NCBI GenBank assembly: GCA_030431525.1
Contig: JAUIJC010000022.1
Span: 14,637 to 78,636, forward strand
DNA from: Bacteroidia bacterium
GTDB lineage: Bacteria > Bacteroidota > Bacteroidia > Cytophagales > JAAEPT01
DNA: 64,000 nt
Direction: 5' to 3'
Part shown: positions 6,159 through 16,069 of the stretch, piece after piece
Layout: each line of letters begins with the position of its first letter
Numbering within the stretch: position 1 is the first letter of the stretch
Position numbers and translations under genes: made by a program
The notes under the pieces: model-generated
The model's database searches: none
What the model was told of the DNA's origin: nothing
Seen by the model: the letters and a program-made list of their open reading frames with translations, nothing else

Positions 6159-8549
6159 CTAAAACCTCCCCCTCAACGTAACAGCCACATTTCTTCCAGC
6201 GCCATTCACACCCGATGAAAATGTGCGGTAATGCGTATCCAAAATATTCTGGACGGCCAACTGAATATCCATCCAACCTTTAATGTCATAAGACACACGG
6301 TAGTTCAAAGTCAACCAAGCTGGGTTGCCATCTGGGCTCGCCAATTCCAACTTATCCACATCTGGGTTAAAGTCCTCGGCGCGCTTGGCACCATTGAATA
6401 GGGAATAACATTCCTGTTGGAAACGCTTGGTTTTGTGCACCAATCCTACTCGACCATACATCGGAGGAATATGGCCCAATGGCAAATCATTGGTCACATC
6501 CCCACCCTTGGTCCACGTCATGCTGGCCTTGGCCTCAAAATGAGAGGAAATGTTCCAGCGCCCACCAACATATACCCCATAAATGGTCGCCTTACCTGTG
6601 TTTTGGTTGGCCAAATAATGCATGTATTTGCCATCCACCAACACGGAATCTTGTCCTGCCACCTGAATCGGCGCACGAATAATCGCATCACGCAACCATG
6701 AGTGGAAAAGGCTTGCCTCGATGTAAGACTTATTCTTCCATTTCTTCTGAACGGAGGCCTCCAAACTGGTTAAGTATTCTGGTTTCAAATCGGCATTCGG
6801 AACGGTAAGGAAACCTGATTTGGACTCAAAGGTTTTCCCAACATCATCCACATTTGGCGCCTTAAAGCCCGTAGAACCCAAAAGGCGGGTAGTCCAGCCC
6901 TTTTCCCAAGCACTGGTCAAACCAAGGCTACCTGTCAACGCCGTATTGTTCTGGTGGATAACATTCAACCCGTTATCTGCCGAAACAGGAGAAGTGGCAA
7001 AATTTGAGGTCAGGCCCACATTGCTCAAACGCAATCCCTCAGAAATGGTGTGTTTGCCCAACTTCAATTTGTGGGTCAAGTACGCTCCTGAAGACCACCA
7101 AGTGCTTCCGCCGTCTGCATAGCGCGTAGCCACTGAAGTGCGTTCTCCAGTTAAAATATCCTCTTCGTAGGCTGTGGAATTCACAATGTTGTAGTAGGAT
7201 TCCAAGCCATATTCCAAGCGGTGCTTTTTGCCGATGTATTTAAGGAAATCAGCGGATAGGCCTAACACATCCACATTTTCCACTTGGTTTTCCTGCCCCG
7301 TTTTTCCCACTTGTCGGCTAATGCGCGACTCTTGGATATCTTGATAAGAAAGCGTGATTCGTCCGTCAGAAAACCACTTATTGTCCTTCATCAAGTCAAG
7401 CTTGTAGTAGGCCAACATGCGTTTTTGTGGACCATATTTCCATTCAGCCCAACGCAAACTTCCGTTGCGGTATTCCTGCAACTTATCGTAGCGAGGCACA
7501 TCCGAGGAAGTGGAATACTGGAAGCCAATGTCATGGCGAATGACATCACTCGTATAGAAGGAAATGTTTTGCAGGAAATCGATTTGCTGATAGCCCGTGC
7601 CGACTTGCACATGGGGCTTATCGTTGGAAACAACGGAATCACCTTCCACATATTCAGGCCTGTCCCAACGGTAATCATTGAAAAAATTGTTGCGCTTACC
7701 AGAGCGTAAATCCCCGAAGGTGGACATGCTGACGCTGGTATAAAAGGCCACGTTTTTCAGACCAATATTAAAGTCTACGCCAGCCGTGCTTCCGTTATTA
7801 GCTGAAGAATAGCGCGCCATATAGCCTCCTTGAAAAAGCATGGTGCTGTCCTTAGAAAACTTTGGACGTTTGGTGTGAAAATGCACCACACCACCCAAGG
7901 CATCACTGCCATACATCACCGACGATGGTCCATAAACGACCTCCACACGCTCTTGGGCATTGGGGTCAATGGTAATCGCATTTTGTAAATGCCCACCACG
8001 GTAAATGGCGTTGTTCATGCGAACGCCATCCACGACCAACAATACGCGGTTGGCCTCAAAACCACGGATAACGGGGCTACCGCCACCCATTTGACTACGC
8101 TGGACGAACACTTGGCCTGTGGCCTCCAACAAATCCGCTGAAGTCTGGGGGCTTTCAGTTGCGATTTGCTCACTTGTCATTCCCGATACACGATGGGGAA
8201 CTTCGCGTTTGCTATCGCCGAATTTGTTGGTAGAAACCACTACTTCCTCTAACATGGCCACCTTGGCGACCATATTCAATTCATAATTGTTTTTGGCCAA
8301 ATATTCACGGCTAACCATCTGCTCCTCATAAGAGAGATGACTGACCAGAATCAACGCAGGAAGACTATCAAGACTTAGTTTGCCATCGACATCTGTCCAT
8401 CCCAACACCTTTCCTTGGGCATTTTCCACAGCCACTTGCTCAATACCTTGCTGATTATCCTGATTGATAACGCGAAGGGTGATTGTGGTCTGCGCTGAGC
8501 CACCAAAGACAGCACTGATGAAAAGGAGAAGAAATAGAGAGTTCCGCAT
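6159..8549 (-). CDS. TonB-dependent receptor with N-terminal carboxypeptidase-regulatory-like domain
   Basis: ATG at 8549 gives signal peptide MRNSLFLLLFISAVFGGSAQ. Plug-domain motifs are present (SPVIRGFEANRVLLVVDGVRMNN, DALGGVVHF). The long barrel ends in a terminal aromatic (..VTLRGRF). The ORF-track start at 8627 is GTG, upstream of the signal peptide. Confidence 0.9.
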   Translation of the reverse strand: MRNSLFLLLFISAVFGGSAQTTITLRVINQDNQQGIEQVAVENAQGKVLGWTDVDGKLSLDSLPALILVSHLSYEEQMVSREYLAKNNYELNMVAKVAMLEEVVVSTNKFGDSKREVPHRVSGMTSEQIATESPQTSADLLEATGQVFVQRSQMGGGSPVIRGFEANRVLLVVDGVRMNNAIYRGGHLQNAITIDPNAQERVEVVYGPSSVMYGSDALGGVVHFHTKRPKFSKDSTMLFQGGYMARYSSANNGSTAGVDFNIGLKNVAFYTSVSMSTFGDLRSGKRNNFFNDYRWDRPEYVEGDSVVSNDKPHVQVGTGYQQIDFLQNISFYTSDVIRHDIGFQYSTSSDVPRYDKLQEYRNGSLRWAEWKYGPQKRMLAYYKLDLMKDNKWFSDGRITLSYQDIQESRISRQVGKTGQENQVENVDVLGLSADFLKYIGKKHRLEYGLESYYNIVNSTAYEEDILTGERTSVATRYADGGSTWWSSGAYLTHKLKLGKHTISEGLRLSNVGLTSNFATSPVSADNGLNVIHQNNTALTGSLGLTSAWEKGWTTRLLGSTGFKAPNVDDVGKTFESKSGFLTVPNADLKPEYLTSLEASVQKKWKNKSYIEASLFHSWLRDAIIRAPIQVAGQDSVLVDGKYMHYLANQNTGKATIYGVYVGGRWNISSHFEAKASMTWTKGGDVTNDLPLGHIPPMYGRVGLVHKTKRFQQECYSLFNGAKRAEDFNPDVDKLELASPDGNPAWLTLNYRVSYDIKGWMDIQLAVQNILDTHYRTFSSGVNGAGRNVAVTLRGRF

Positions 8550-8712
8550 CCTGAATTGTTTTATCAATGACCTACAAAAAAGGCTGAACTCCGAAAAAGA
8601 GTTCTTCGGGATGCAGAAACTTCGCACCCTCTCCTTTTACCTTATGTAACTCAGAAGGGAAATGTAAATAAAAATCGGGCAGAAAAAGATGATGATCCTT
8701 TGCCCTATCGCC

Positions 8713-9417
8713 TTACAAAACATCCAAACTCCTCAAAAAATCATCCTTATACGCTTTTCCCAAAGGCAATTTATTGTCTCCCACCACCACGAATCCTCCC
8801 AGCACCTTGTCCACACGTTTGGTATTCACCATGTAAGAACGGTGGATTCGCGAAAAGTATTCTTCCTTGAGCTTTTGCCCCAAATCCTTCAGCGCCGCCA
8901 AGGTCATCACCTGTTTTCCACCGATATGGAAAACCACATAATTCTCACGGGACTCTATGTAATCCACTTTTTCCAAATCAATGCGGACAATGGAGTTGCC
9001 CTCCTTCACATACACCGAATGAGCGTCATCCTCTTTTTCGTCCTTACTCTTGTTATAAAGGGCGATTTCCAAAGCCGCATTAATGTCTTCCGTGCGATAT
9101 GGTTTCACGATGAAACCATCTGGATAGGTCAATTTGGCGCGCTCAATGGTAGCACTATCGGAATAGGCCGTGGTGTACACAAAGGGAATCCGCTCATTTC
9201 CTCTGTTAATCATTTGGATAAGGTCAATGCCATCCAACGGCCCGTTTAGGTTAATATCCAACAGAATAACATCTGGCCGATTTTCCTTGATGGCTTTCAC
9301 CGCCTCATCCAGCCGCTTGACGATTCCTGTAACTTCATGCCCTAAATTCTTCACAAGAATCCGTTCCAACTCGCGAGCAGCGATAATCTCATCTTCTACA
9401 ATCAGAACATTTGCCAT
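8713..9417 (-). CDS. LytTR-family response regulator
   Basis: REC domain (MANVLIVEDE.., ..VILLDINL..) followed by a LytTR DNA-binding domain (VDYIESRENYVVFHIGG.., RIHRSYMVN). Confidence 0.9.
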   Translation of the reverse strand: MANVLIVEDEIIAARELERILVKNLGHEVTGIVKRLDEAVKAIKENRPDVILLDINLNGPLDGIDLIQMINRGNERIPFVYTTAYSDSATIERAKLTYPDGFIVKPYRTEDINAALEIALYNKSKDEKEDDAHSVYVKEGNSIVRIDLEKVDYIESRENYVVFHIGGKQVMTLAALKDLGQKLKEEYFSRIHRSYMVNTKRVDKVLGGFVVVGDNKLPLGKAYKDDFLRSLDVL

Positions 9418-9442
9418 AAATACATCGTGCTAAACTCTTGGG

Positions 9443-9613
9443 TCAACCCCACCTCTGTCCTCCCCTTATCCAAGGGGAGGAAAAACCATCAGCCCATAAC
9501 TGGACAACCATAATTGGAAAGCATTCTCTGTAACATTCTCCTCCCCTTGGATAAGGGGGGACATGAAACAGGAGTTTTATGGACCAGCTTTGAGGGAAGA
9601 AAGGTGGGGTCGA
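9443..9613. repeat. Repeat family A, long form A2 (with an extra insertion in the right arm)
   Basis: The left arm is identical to A1, then comes a ~59-nt insert homologous to that of A3, then the duplicated inner hairpin CCTCCCCTTGGATAAGGGG. The right outer arm is interrupted by about 40 nt before AAGGTGGGGTCGA. Confidence 0.8.
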
Positions 9614-9643
9614 ATTCTGGAGCTTTCATCTAATTCATTAAGG

Positions 9644-11542
9644 TTAAACAGGAATACTCACTTCATAAACAGTCCCATTTTCAGACACCCGCTTCATTTC
9701 GGCATCCAGTTGCCAAACAAAGTCTTGCACCAACTTCATCCCCAAGCCTTTCGAGGCTTTGTTTTCATCGAAACCCACACCATCGTCCCCTATTTTTAGA
9801 ACCAAGGTTTCCTCCTTCAAATCGCCAAGGACAAACACTTTTCCTTTGTTCTTATCCTTAAAGGCGTATTTCCAAGAATTGGTCAATAGTTCATTAAGCA
9901 ACAAGCCAATGCAAATGGCCTTATCCAAGCCCAACACCACCGAAGGCAGATTCACTTCCAAACTGATATGTTGAGAATTCAGATGATAAACACTTTCCAA
10001 TTCTTCAATCAAATCAGGCAAGTATTCTTGGATATCAATCCGCCCTTTGTCCTCCGCAAGGTATAAACGCTGGTGAATCAAACTCATTGCGGTGATGCGG
10101 GCCTCCACATCTTGGAGCGCTTCCCTGCTCATATTTTCGGGCATGGCATCCATCTGCAAATGGATCAAGCCCAGTATCATCTGCAAATTGTTCTTAGTGC
10201 GATGATGGACTTCTTTTAGCAACACCTCCAACTGCTGTGTTTTTCGCTCTACTTCCTCTTTGAGGCGCTCCTTCACCATCAGCGACACGCGTTGCTCATC
10301 ATGTAGTTGTGAAATTCGGCTTCGCTGCTCCTTCTCCCTTGTCTCTCTGTCCATCAGAAAATTGATGGTCATACTCAAGGCAAATACCGAAAGCGCTATG
10401 GACTCACAGAGCTCAAACCCGTGACGGATAAAAAAGCCGCCTTTGGACTGGACATGAATCAGGTTGTATTGGAACAGAAAATGGCTGAACCCCGCCAGCA
10501 GGAAGAACACCATTCCCACCAAGAACACCAACCAACGTGGCCTTCTGCGATACATCATCACTATGCCCAAAAAAATCAGTAGCACATTCACCACCACAGT
10601 AAACAGCACGCCCAATTGATAGAACCTGATGGTGTCCACCACGCCTACAAAAAACAATAAAGCAAAGCTCCAATACAGTAAAATACAGGAACGAATAGTC
10701 CACAACCATTTCAAATCGCCATGCTCCTTGAGCCTCAAAAAATCAATGGAAAACAAAAAATGGAAGGTGGGAATTAATACGAGCAGGATGGGGTAAGCTA
10801 CAGTAGGCAAATTTCCTGATACCTCGGAATAGAACACTTCATAGGTGTCCCCAGCAAATAAATGAATCCCAGCCACCATGGACAGCGTGTAGCCCAAAAA
10901 CAACGCATAGGTCCTTTCCCGTGAAATCAGGTATAATCCAAGCATGACCAAAAACCACAAGAGGAACCACCCGAAGAACACGCCATGAAAGAAATTTTCT
11001 CGGTATTCCCCTGAGAAATAATCCGCCTTTGAAATCAAACCGAAAGGAAAATAGCGGTTGTGACGGGCTTGAATATGAACATAGATCGGAAGTGAAGGAT
11101 TAAATCCTATGGGAACAGACACCGCATTCCCCGAATGCATCACATCGCGTTCCTCCTTGGATAGGGTCAGTCCCGTCCTGAAACGTTTGTATCCACCTCC
11201 TTTCAGGGGGAAGTAAACATCCATGGTATCGCAGCGGGCCATCATCTCCAACACATGTCCTTTGGAACCAGACTCGGCTCCTTCAAGATTCATCTTGAAC
11301 CAAACATCCACACTTTCCACATACCCCTCCAGATCAAAGGCCCTGCTTTCCATCGGCACATATTCCTGAGTTCTTGCTTCCTCAAAGCCTAAGTTGGAAT
11401 CAGGATGATGCCAATACCCCATCTCACGAATCTCTTGGCCGAACACCCCTCTGCAAAGCATCAGAAAGAGCAAAAACACCAAGCTGTATTTCCAACGAAT
11501 GGTCTCCACCTTCCTTTGGTGTACGAGTCTGCCTTGAAGCAA
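9644..11542 (-). CDS. Sensor histidine kinase, 7TMR-DISM type (extracellular domain + 7 TM + HisKA_2 + HATPase)
   Basis: Signal/TM at the N-terminus and about seven hydrophobic helices in the middle. Phosphoacceptor box EVHHRTKNNLQMILGLIHLQ and ATPase box LLNELLTNSWKYAF. The start is TTG at 11542; the ATG at 11461 would delete the signal peptide. Confidence 0.85.
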   Translation of the reverse strand: MLQGRLVHQRKVETIRWKYSLVFLLFLMLCRGVFGQEIREMGYWHHPDSNLGFEEARTQEYVPMESRAFDLEGYVESVDVWFKMNLEGAESGSKGHVLEMMARCDTMDVYFPLKGGGYKRFRTGLTLSKEERDVMHSGNAVSVPIGFNPSLPIYVHIQARHNRYFPFGLISKADYFSGEYRENFFHGVFFGWFLLWFLVMLGLYLISRERTYALFLGYTLSMVAGIHLFAGDTYEVFYSEVSGNLPTVAYPILLVLIPTFHFLFSIDFLRLKEHGDLKWLWTIRSCILLYWSFALLFFVGVVDTIRFYQLGVLFTVVVNVLLIFLGIVMMYRRRPRWLVFLVGMVFFLLAGFSHFLFQYNLIHVQSKGGFFIRHGFELCESIALSVFALSMTINFLMDRETREKEQRSRISQLHDEQRVSLMVKERLKEEVERKTQQLEVLLKEVHHRTKNNLQMILGLIHLQMDAMPENMSREALQDVEARITAMSLIHQRLYLAEDKGRIDIQEYLPDLIEELESVYHLNSQHISLEVNLPSVVLGLDKAICIGLLLNELLTNSWKYAFKDKNKGKVFVLGDLKEETLVLKIGDDGVGFDENKASKGLGMKLVQDFVWQLDAEMKRVSENGTVYEVSIPV

Positions 11543-11732
11543 GAAAAACCCGCTCCTTCAAAAGTTCCAGTTTGGGAAGTGGGGGTTTATTCCATCAGCG
11601 ATGTTTAAAAACGTAAAAAGCTATCTATCAGTAGATATAACCCATACTCCTCAAACCCTTTGACTTAAAGGTGGATTATCAAATTTGAGCTCAGTAGCTT
11701 TGTGCCGTTTTTTGAATGCAACACACGCAAAA

Positions 11733-14700
11733 ATGCTTTATTCATTCTTCAGACACAGCCTCTTATGGCTCTGTCTCTTTTTAGGAACTAGCGGCGCTGT
11801 ATTGGCTGATTTTGTCGCCTCTGCCGAAGTTTCTTACACTTGCCAAGGGGGTGGCAAGTTCGTTATCGATTTGGAGGTGTACGGGGAGTGCGGCTCCACA
11901 AACACCACCAGCATCCTTCAAAACCGAGGTGACGCAAACGTCGTCATCAAGTCGGAAAAACTTGGACTCGACACCAACATCCGGGTGGTTCGAACTTCGT
12001 ATTCGGATTTCGCCATCCTCTGTGAGGAGGAGTTGAAAAACACCGTTTGTCAAGGAGGTACGGAACGTGGCCTTAAGGTATTCAAGTACAGCTCTGGGGT
12101 AATCGACTTAAGTAGCCTCCCGAAGTCTGACGACTGGGCGATTTTCTACCAGCAAACCTATCTCAGCTCCGAGCTTATCGGCATAGCCGACAACCAGCTT
12201 TACTATTCAGGTGCTGAGGGCATTGATTTGGATGAATGTAACAGCTCACCAAGTTTTGGCAGCGAGTCCGTTTTCAAAGGATTCATTGGTGAAGACAACA
12301 GCTTCCAGCTGTTAGCAACTGACCCAGACGGTGATGAATTGAGCTATGAACTGATCAGCCCAAAGGAAAACTTCACCTCGAACGTAACTTATAGTGGTGG
12401 TTATAGCTTCTCAGAACCTGTCAACCTGAGCTCCCCACTTTCCATCAGTCAAGATGGCGTCCTTTCCTTCAAGCCTACCGCTGAGGAGCAATGGGGATTG
12501 ACAGCCGTAAAAATCACCGAGACACGCAACGGTAAGGTAATCGCGGAAAACATCCGCAACCTACAGATTAACACCTTTGCCAACGACAATGCTGCACCTG
12601 TTATTGGGGATTTCAACAATAACGGGACAAATACGCTTACGGTCTGTGCGGGAACAAACATCCAAGAGAAGTTCCCGATTAGCGATACTGAGAAACACAC
12701 ATTAACAGTAAGTAAAATCAGTGGTGGACCAAGCCAACTCCGCGCTTTGGGAATTAACCAAGTAAGCGCTTGGATTCGTTGGAATACCACACTTGCTGAT
12801 ACTGGCAGCTATGAGGTAGTGGTACAAGTAAAGGACAATGGTTGCCCTGTACCACAAACCACACAAAAGACATTTATCATCAATGTGGTATCAACGCCTG
12901 AATTTGACCTTGGCGATCGTACGGTGATGCGCTGCGACACCAATTATGTCCTGACTCCTGAAATAATGAATGGAACAGGACCATTTTCTTATAACTGGCG
13001 TAACTGGCAAAAGCTGGGCAATTCCTTCATTTATGGAAATACACTCAGCACAGATGATCACTTTGATGTCCCTTACGACTCACTCGACCTCTCCTTACAG
13101 GTTACCGATGCCAATGGTTGCCAAAGCGCTATTGACACAACAAGCTTCCGCAAAAGCTTGAAAGCCGATTTTGGTTGGGACAAATACTGTTTTGGACTTC
13201 CTACAGACTTTGGTGACAGCTCCGTTGCCTTGGTGGGTAATATTACAAGTTACGAATGGGATTTGGCAGAGGGGGGAACAAGCGACCTTATCAATCCAAG
13301 TCACACCTATTCGGTGGCCGACTCCTTCGAAATATCCCTAACTGTACGCAGTGATGTGGAATGCGTGGACTCCATCAAACAATGGTTGCACATCTGCACG
13401 CCTCCCGTTCCAAAATTCTTTTGGAATGACTTCAGTGGCAATGATTCTTGTAGCCTCTTAAGCGCTGGCGAGATTGACAACCCACATCTCTTGGAGCCAA
13501 TCAAAATCTACGACACCACCAACTACAAGGAAAACTGCGACAACTTTGGCTTGAAGTGGGAAACCGCAAAACTACGTACGGGCCTCCCTCCGATGTGGGG
13601 CACCATTTACGACAGGAACAAAGAGGAGCACGGCAACTTCCTGCCATTCACCACCGCATCCTTCTCCGACAGCGGACTCTACGCCATACGCTTCACCACC
13701 GAAACCTTCTCGGGATGTGTGGTGGACACCGTGGACACCATCCGCATCCACCAACGACCAACCTTGGAATACCTTTCCAACAAAGTCATCAGCTACAAGT
13801 GCGACAACCCGGACACGCTGTTGCAGGTTCGCCTGAAAGATGATGAGCATGGAACGGGGAGCTTGAAATACAACTGGTACTTCAACCGGAGCATTGGAGA
13901 CCCTTACATTGCTCCAATCTTTGGCGCCGACAGCCTTTCCCTCATCGTGGATAAAGTGGGAACCTATACCGCCGAGGTAGTCGACTCGATGAACTGCCGA
14001 CACTTCCTTGAGTTTGATGTCGAGTTCCCTTTGGTTTCCGAATTTCAATTTGAGCCGACCTGTCTGCCCGAGGAGGCAATGAACCTGCGGGAGCATCACC
14101 TAAGGGCTGATTATCCGATTGTGGACTACGCTTGGGACTTCGGCGACGGCAACACCTTGAGCGGTCCTGCTGAGGAAGCCGTGGCACACAACTTTGCGAC
14201 AACAGGCGAATACGACATCACATTAACCCTGACCGATAGTGAGGGCTGTGAGGATGGCTTCACCTTGGAAGTACCACACCTATTCTTCGACACCAGCTTT
14301 ACCATCAACCCTGCGGGGGATGTATTCTGCGCCAAGGGTGTGGTTACTGGTTTGGGTATGAAATCCAACGGCAACAGCGACCTCGACAAGGTTTCTTGGG
14401 AATACGGCGACGGCGCAACGGCTACCTTCTTGCCTACCGGCATAGATGATGTTCGCATCGATGCCAATGAGACAATCACTCATTCTTATACCGACAAAGG
14501 CACCTACACCATCAGCCAAGAGGTAGCCTACAACCAGCCTCCAATTTCCTATGTGTGGGACAACCTTACCTTTGGCCGTTCTGGATGCCTACTTGAAAGA
14601 GACACCACCATCGAGGTATTTGAGGCCTTTGATGGCCGTATCCGCATCTTCCGCGCTTGTGTGGACGATACCTCGGAATTCAGTTTTGTTCAAGTGGAGA

Positions 14701-16001
14701 ATGGCGCCGGAGCAATTGAGAGTGCTCGCTGGGAAATCGGATTTGAGGAGGACCCAACCAATCCATTCCTAAATACCACGGACTTTGTAGCCAAATACAA
14801 AGTAGAAAGCGATTCTTCTTTGTTGGCCACCTTGGTAGCACGAAACACAGATGGTTGTGAAATCACCTTAAGCAATGCTTCCGGACCAATCGAGCACTAC
14901 ATTGGCCTTTCTTTGGTCTGGGACACCACCTGCGCCAATGAGCCATTGCAGATGGATGTTCGCTTGGATGGCATCAACACCTTTAACCGCTTCTCGGTAT
15001 ATGACAGAACCGAAGGTAGTTACGCTATTTCTCCAAACGCGGTTGATGTCCAAACCATCCAAGGGCAACAATCCTTGGGAATAGCCTCCCATACATTTGG
15101 TGAGGGTGGGGAACGCCAGTTGACCATTTACGCCATTGACCAGTTTGAAGATGTCAATGGGGATGAGCAAGAATGTCGTGCTGTATTCGACACCACCATC
15201 TACACCCACCCTGTTCCATCTCCTGCATTCAGTTCCAATGTGATTTGCGCTGGCGAAGACACCGTTTTCTTCGTGAACAAAACCACCATGGAAATCCCGG
15301 CTGGTGATCCAAGTGTGATCTCAGGGTATTCATGGACCTACGATTCCACCACGACAACGGAGGAGAATCCACATCATCTTTTTGAAAAGGGCGGTGATAA
15401 TCCTGTTACGCTCACGGCATTTACCAACCAAGGTTGTGAAACCACGCTGGATTCTGTCACCTATGTACAGTTCCAGCCAGAAGCCAGCTTTGCATTGAGC
15501 ACAAGCGAACCAGAGGCTTACACACCAATTGACTTTATTGATTCCACGAAGCCTGACACATTAATTGTCAGCAAGTCGTTCTACGACTTTGGCGATGGAA
15601 ACACCTCTGATGAGCTCGACCCAACCCACGTTTACGATGTGATTGATGAATATCAAGTAACACACATTGTAGAGACTGCTGAAGGTTGTACCGACACATT
15701 GGTAACTACGGTTGACCTGAATGCACACCTTGAGTTCGCGACGGCCTTCAGTCCGAATGGCGACGGCCAAAACGACAGCTATGGCTTGATCAGCAAGTCG
15801 CTGCGCGAGGTATATGAGTACCGCATCTACAACCGCTGGGGCGAAGTTGTTTTTGATGGTGGCACCGACCCTGAGGCACGTTGGGACGGTACCCGCAGCG
15901 GCACTCCACAGGAAATGGGTGTGTACATTTTGCACGTTCGCGCCAAAATGGCCTACGGCATTGAGCGCGACATCCAACAGAACATCACTTTGATTCGATA
16001 A
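11733..16001 (+). CDS. Large secreted PKD-repeat protein with T9SS type-B (gliding-motility-associated) C-terminal sorting domain
   Basis: ATG at 11733 gives the signal peptide. PKD-like repeats are present (WDLAEGGTSDLINPSHTYS, WDFGDGNTLSG, FYDFGDGNTSDELDPTHVY). The C-terminus FSPNGDGQNDSYGL..YRIYNRWGEVVF..WDGT..GVYILHV is the type-B CTD signature. Confidence 0.9.
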   Translation: MLYSFFRHSLLWLCLFLGTSGAVLADFVASAEVSYTCQGGGKFVIDLEVYGECGSTNTTSILQNRGDANVVIKSEKLGLDTNIRVVRTSYSDFAILCEEELKNTVCQGGTERGLKVFKYSSGVIDLSSLPKSDDWAIFYQQTYLSSELIGIADNQLYYSGAEGIDLDECNSSPSFGSESVFKGFIGEDNSFQLLATDPDGDELSYELISPKENFTSNVTYSGGYSFSEPVNLSSPLSISQDGVLSFKPTAEEQWGLTAVKITETRNGKVIAENIRNLQINTFANDNAAPVIGDFNNNGTNTLTVCAGTNIQEKFPISDTEKHTLTVSKISGGPSQLRALGINQVSAWIRWNTTLADTGSYEVVVQVKDNGCPVPQTTQKTFIINVVSTPEFDLGDRTVMRCDTNYVLTPEIMNGTGPFSYNWRNWQKLGNSFIYGNTLSTDDHFDVPYDSLDLSLQVTDANGCQSAIDTTSFRKSLKADFGWDKYCFGLPTDFGDSSVALVGNITSYEWDLAEGGTSDLINPSHTYSVADSFEISLTVRSDVECVDSIKQWLHICTPPVPKFFWNDFSGNDSCSLLSAGEIDNPHLLEPIKIYDTTNYKENCDNFGLKWETAKLRTGLPPMWGTIYDRNKEEHGNFLPFTTASFSDSGLYAIRFTTETFSGCVVDTVDTIRIHQRPTLEYLSNKVISYKCDNPDTLLQVRLKDDEHGTGSLKYNWYFNRSIGDPYIAPIFGADSLSLIVDKVGTYTAEVVDSMNCRHFLEFDVEFPLVSEFQFEPTCLPEEAMNLREHHLRADYPIVDYAWDFGDGNTLSGPAEEAVAHNFATTGEYDITLTLTDSEGCEDGFTLEVPHLFFDTSFTINPAGDVFCAKGVVTGLGMKSNGNSDLDKVSWEYGDGATATFLPTGIDDVRIDANETITHSYTDKGTYTISQEVAYNQPPISYVWDNLTFGRSGCLLERDTTIEVFEAFDGRIRIFRACVDDTSEFSFVQVENGAGAIESARWEIGFEEDPTNPFLNTTDFVAKYKVESDSSLLATLVARNTDGCEITLSNASGPIEHYIGLSLVWDTTCANEPLQMDVRLDGINTFNRFSVYDRTEGSYAISPNAVDVQTIQGQQSLGIASHTFGEGGERQLTIYAIDQFEDVNGDEQECRAVFDTTIYTHPVPSPAFSSNVICAGEDTVFFVNKTTMEIPAGDPSVISGYSWTYDSTTTTEENPHHLFEKGGDNPVTLTAFTNQGCETTLDSVTYVQFQPEASFALSTSEPEAYTPIDFIDSTKPDTLIVSKSFYDFGDGNTSDELDPTHVYDVIDEYQVTHIVETAEGCTDTLVTTVDLNAHLEFATAFSPNGDGQNDSYGLISKSLREVYEYRIYNRWGEVVFDGGTDPEARWDGTRSGTPQEMGVYILHVRAKMAYGIERDIQQNITLIR

Positions 16002-16013
16002 GTCATTAGACCC

Positions 16014-16047
16014 AAACCTTGGCAAGCCCGCACACTTGCCAAGGTTT
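16014..16047 (+). promoter_or_regulatory. Intercistronic 13-bp perfect stem-loop between the cargo gene and porP/sprF
   Basis: AAACCTTGGCAAG / CTTGCCAAGGTTT with an 8-nt loop and no clear T-run. The ORF-track TTG start at 16019 is a translation of this hairpin. Confidence 0.5.
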
Positions 16048-16069
16048 ATGGGCTGAACCAATAGTAAAA

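Noticed and set aside
8550-8712. Riboswitch (cobalamin or TPP) in the leader of the TonB-dependent receptor
   Set aside because: I read the minus-strand leader and did not find the B12 box (no GCCACTG core) or the TPP CTGAGA...ACCTGATCTGGATAATGCCAGCG pattern. A covariance-model scan (Rfam/Infernal) would be decisive.
8689-9249. 186-aa + strand ORF overlapping the LytTR regulator gene
   Set aside because: It is antisense to a gene with clear REC and LytTR motifs. Its start lies in the intergenic spacer.
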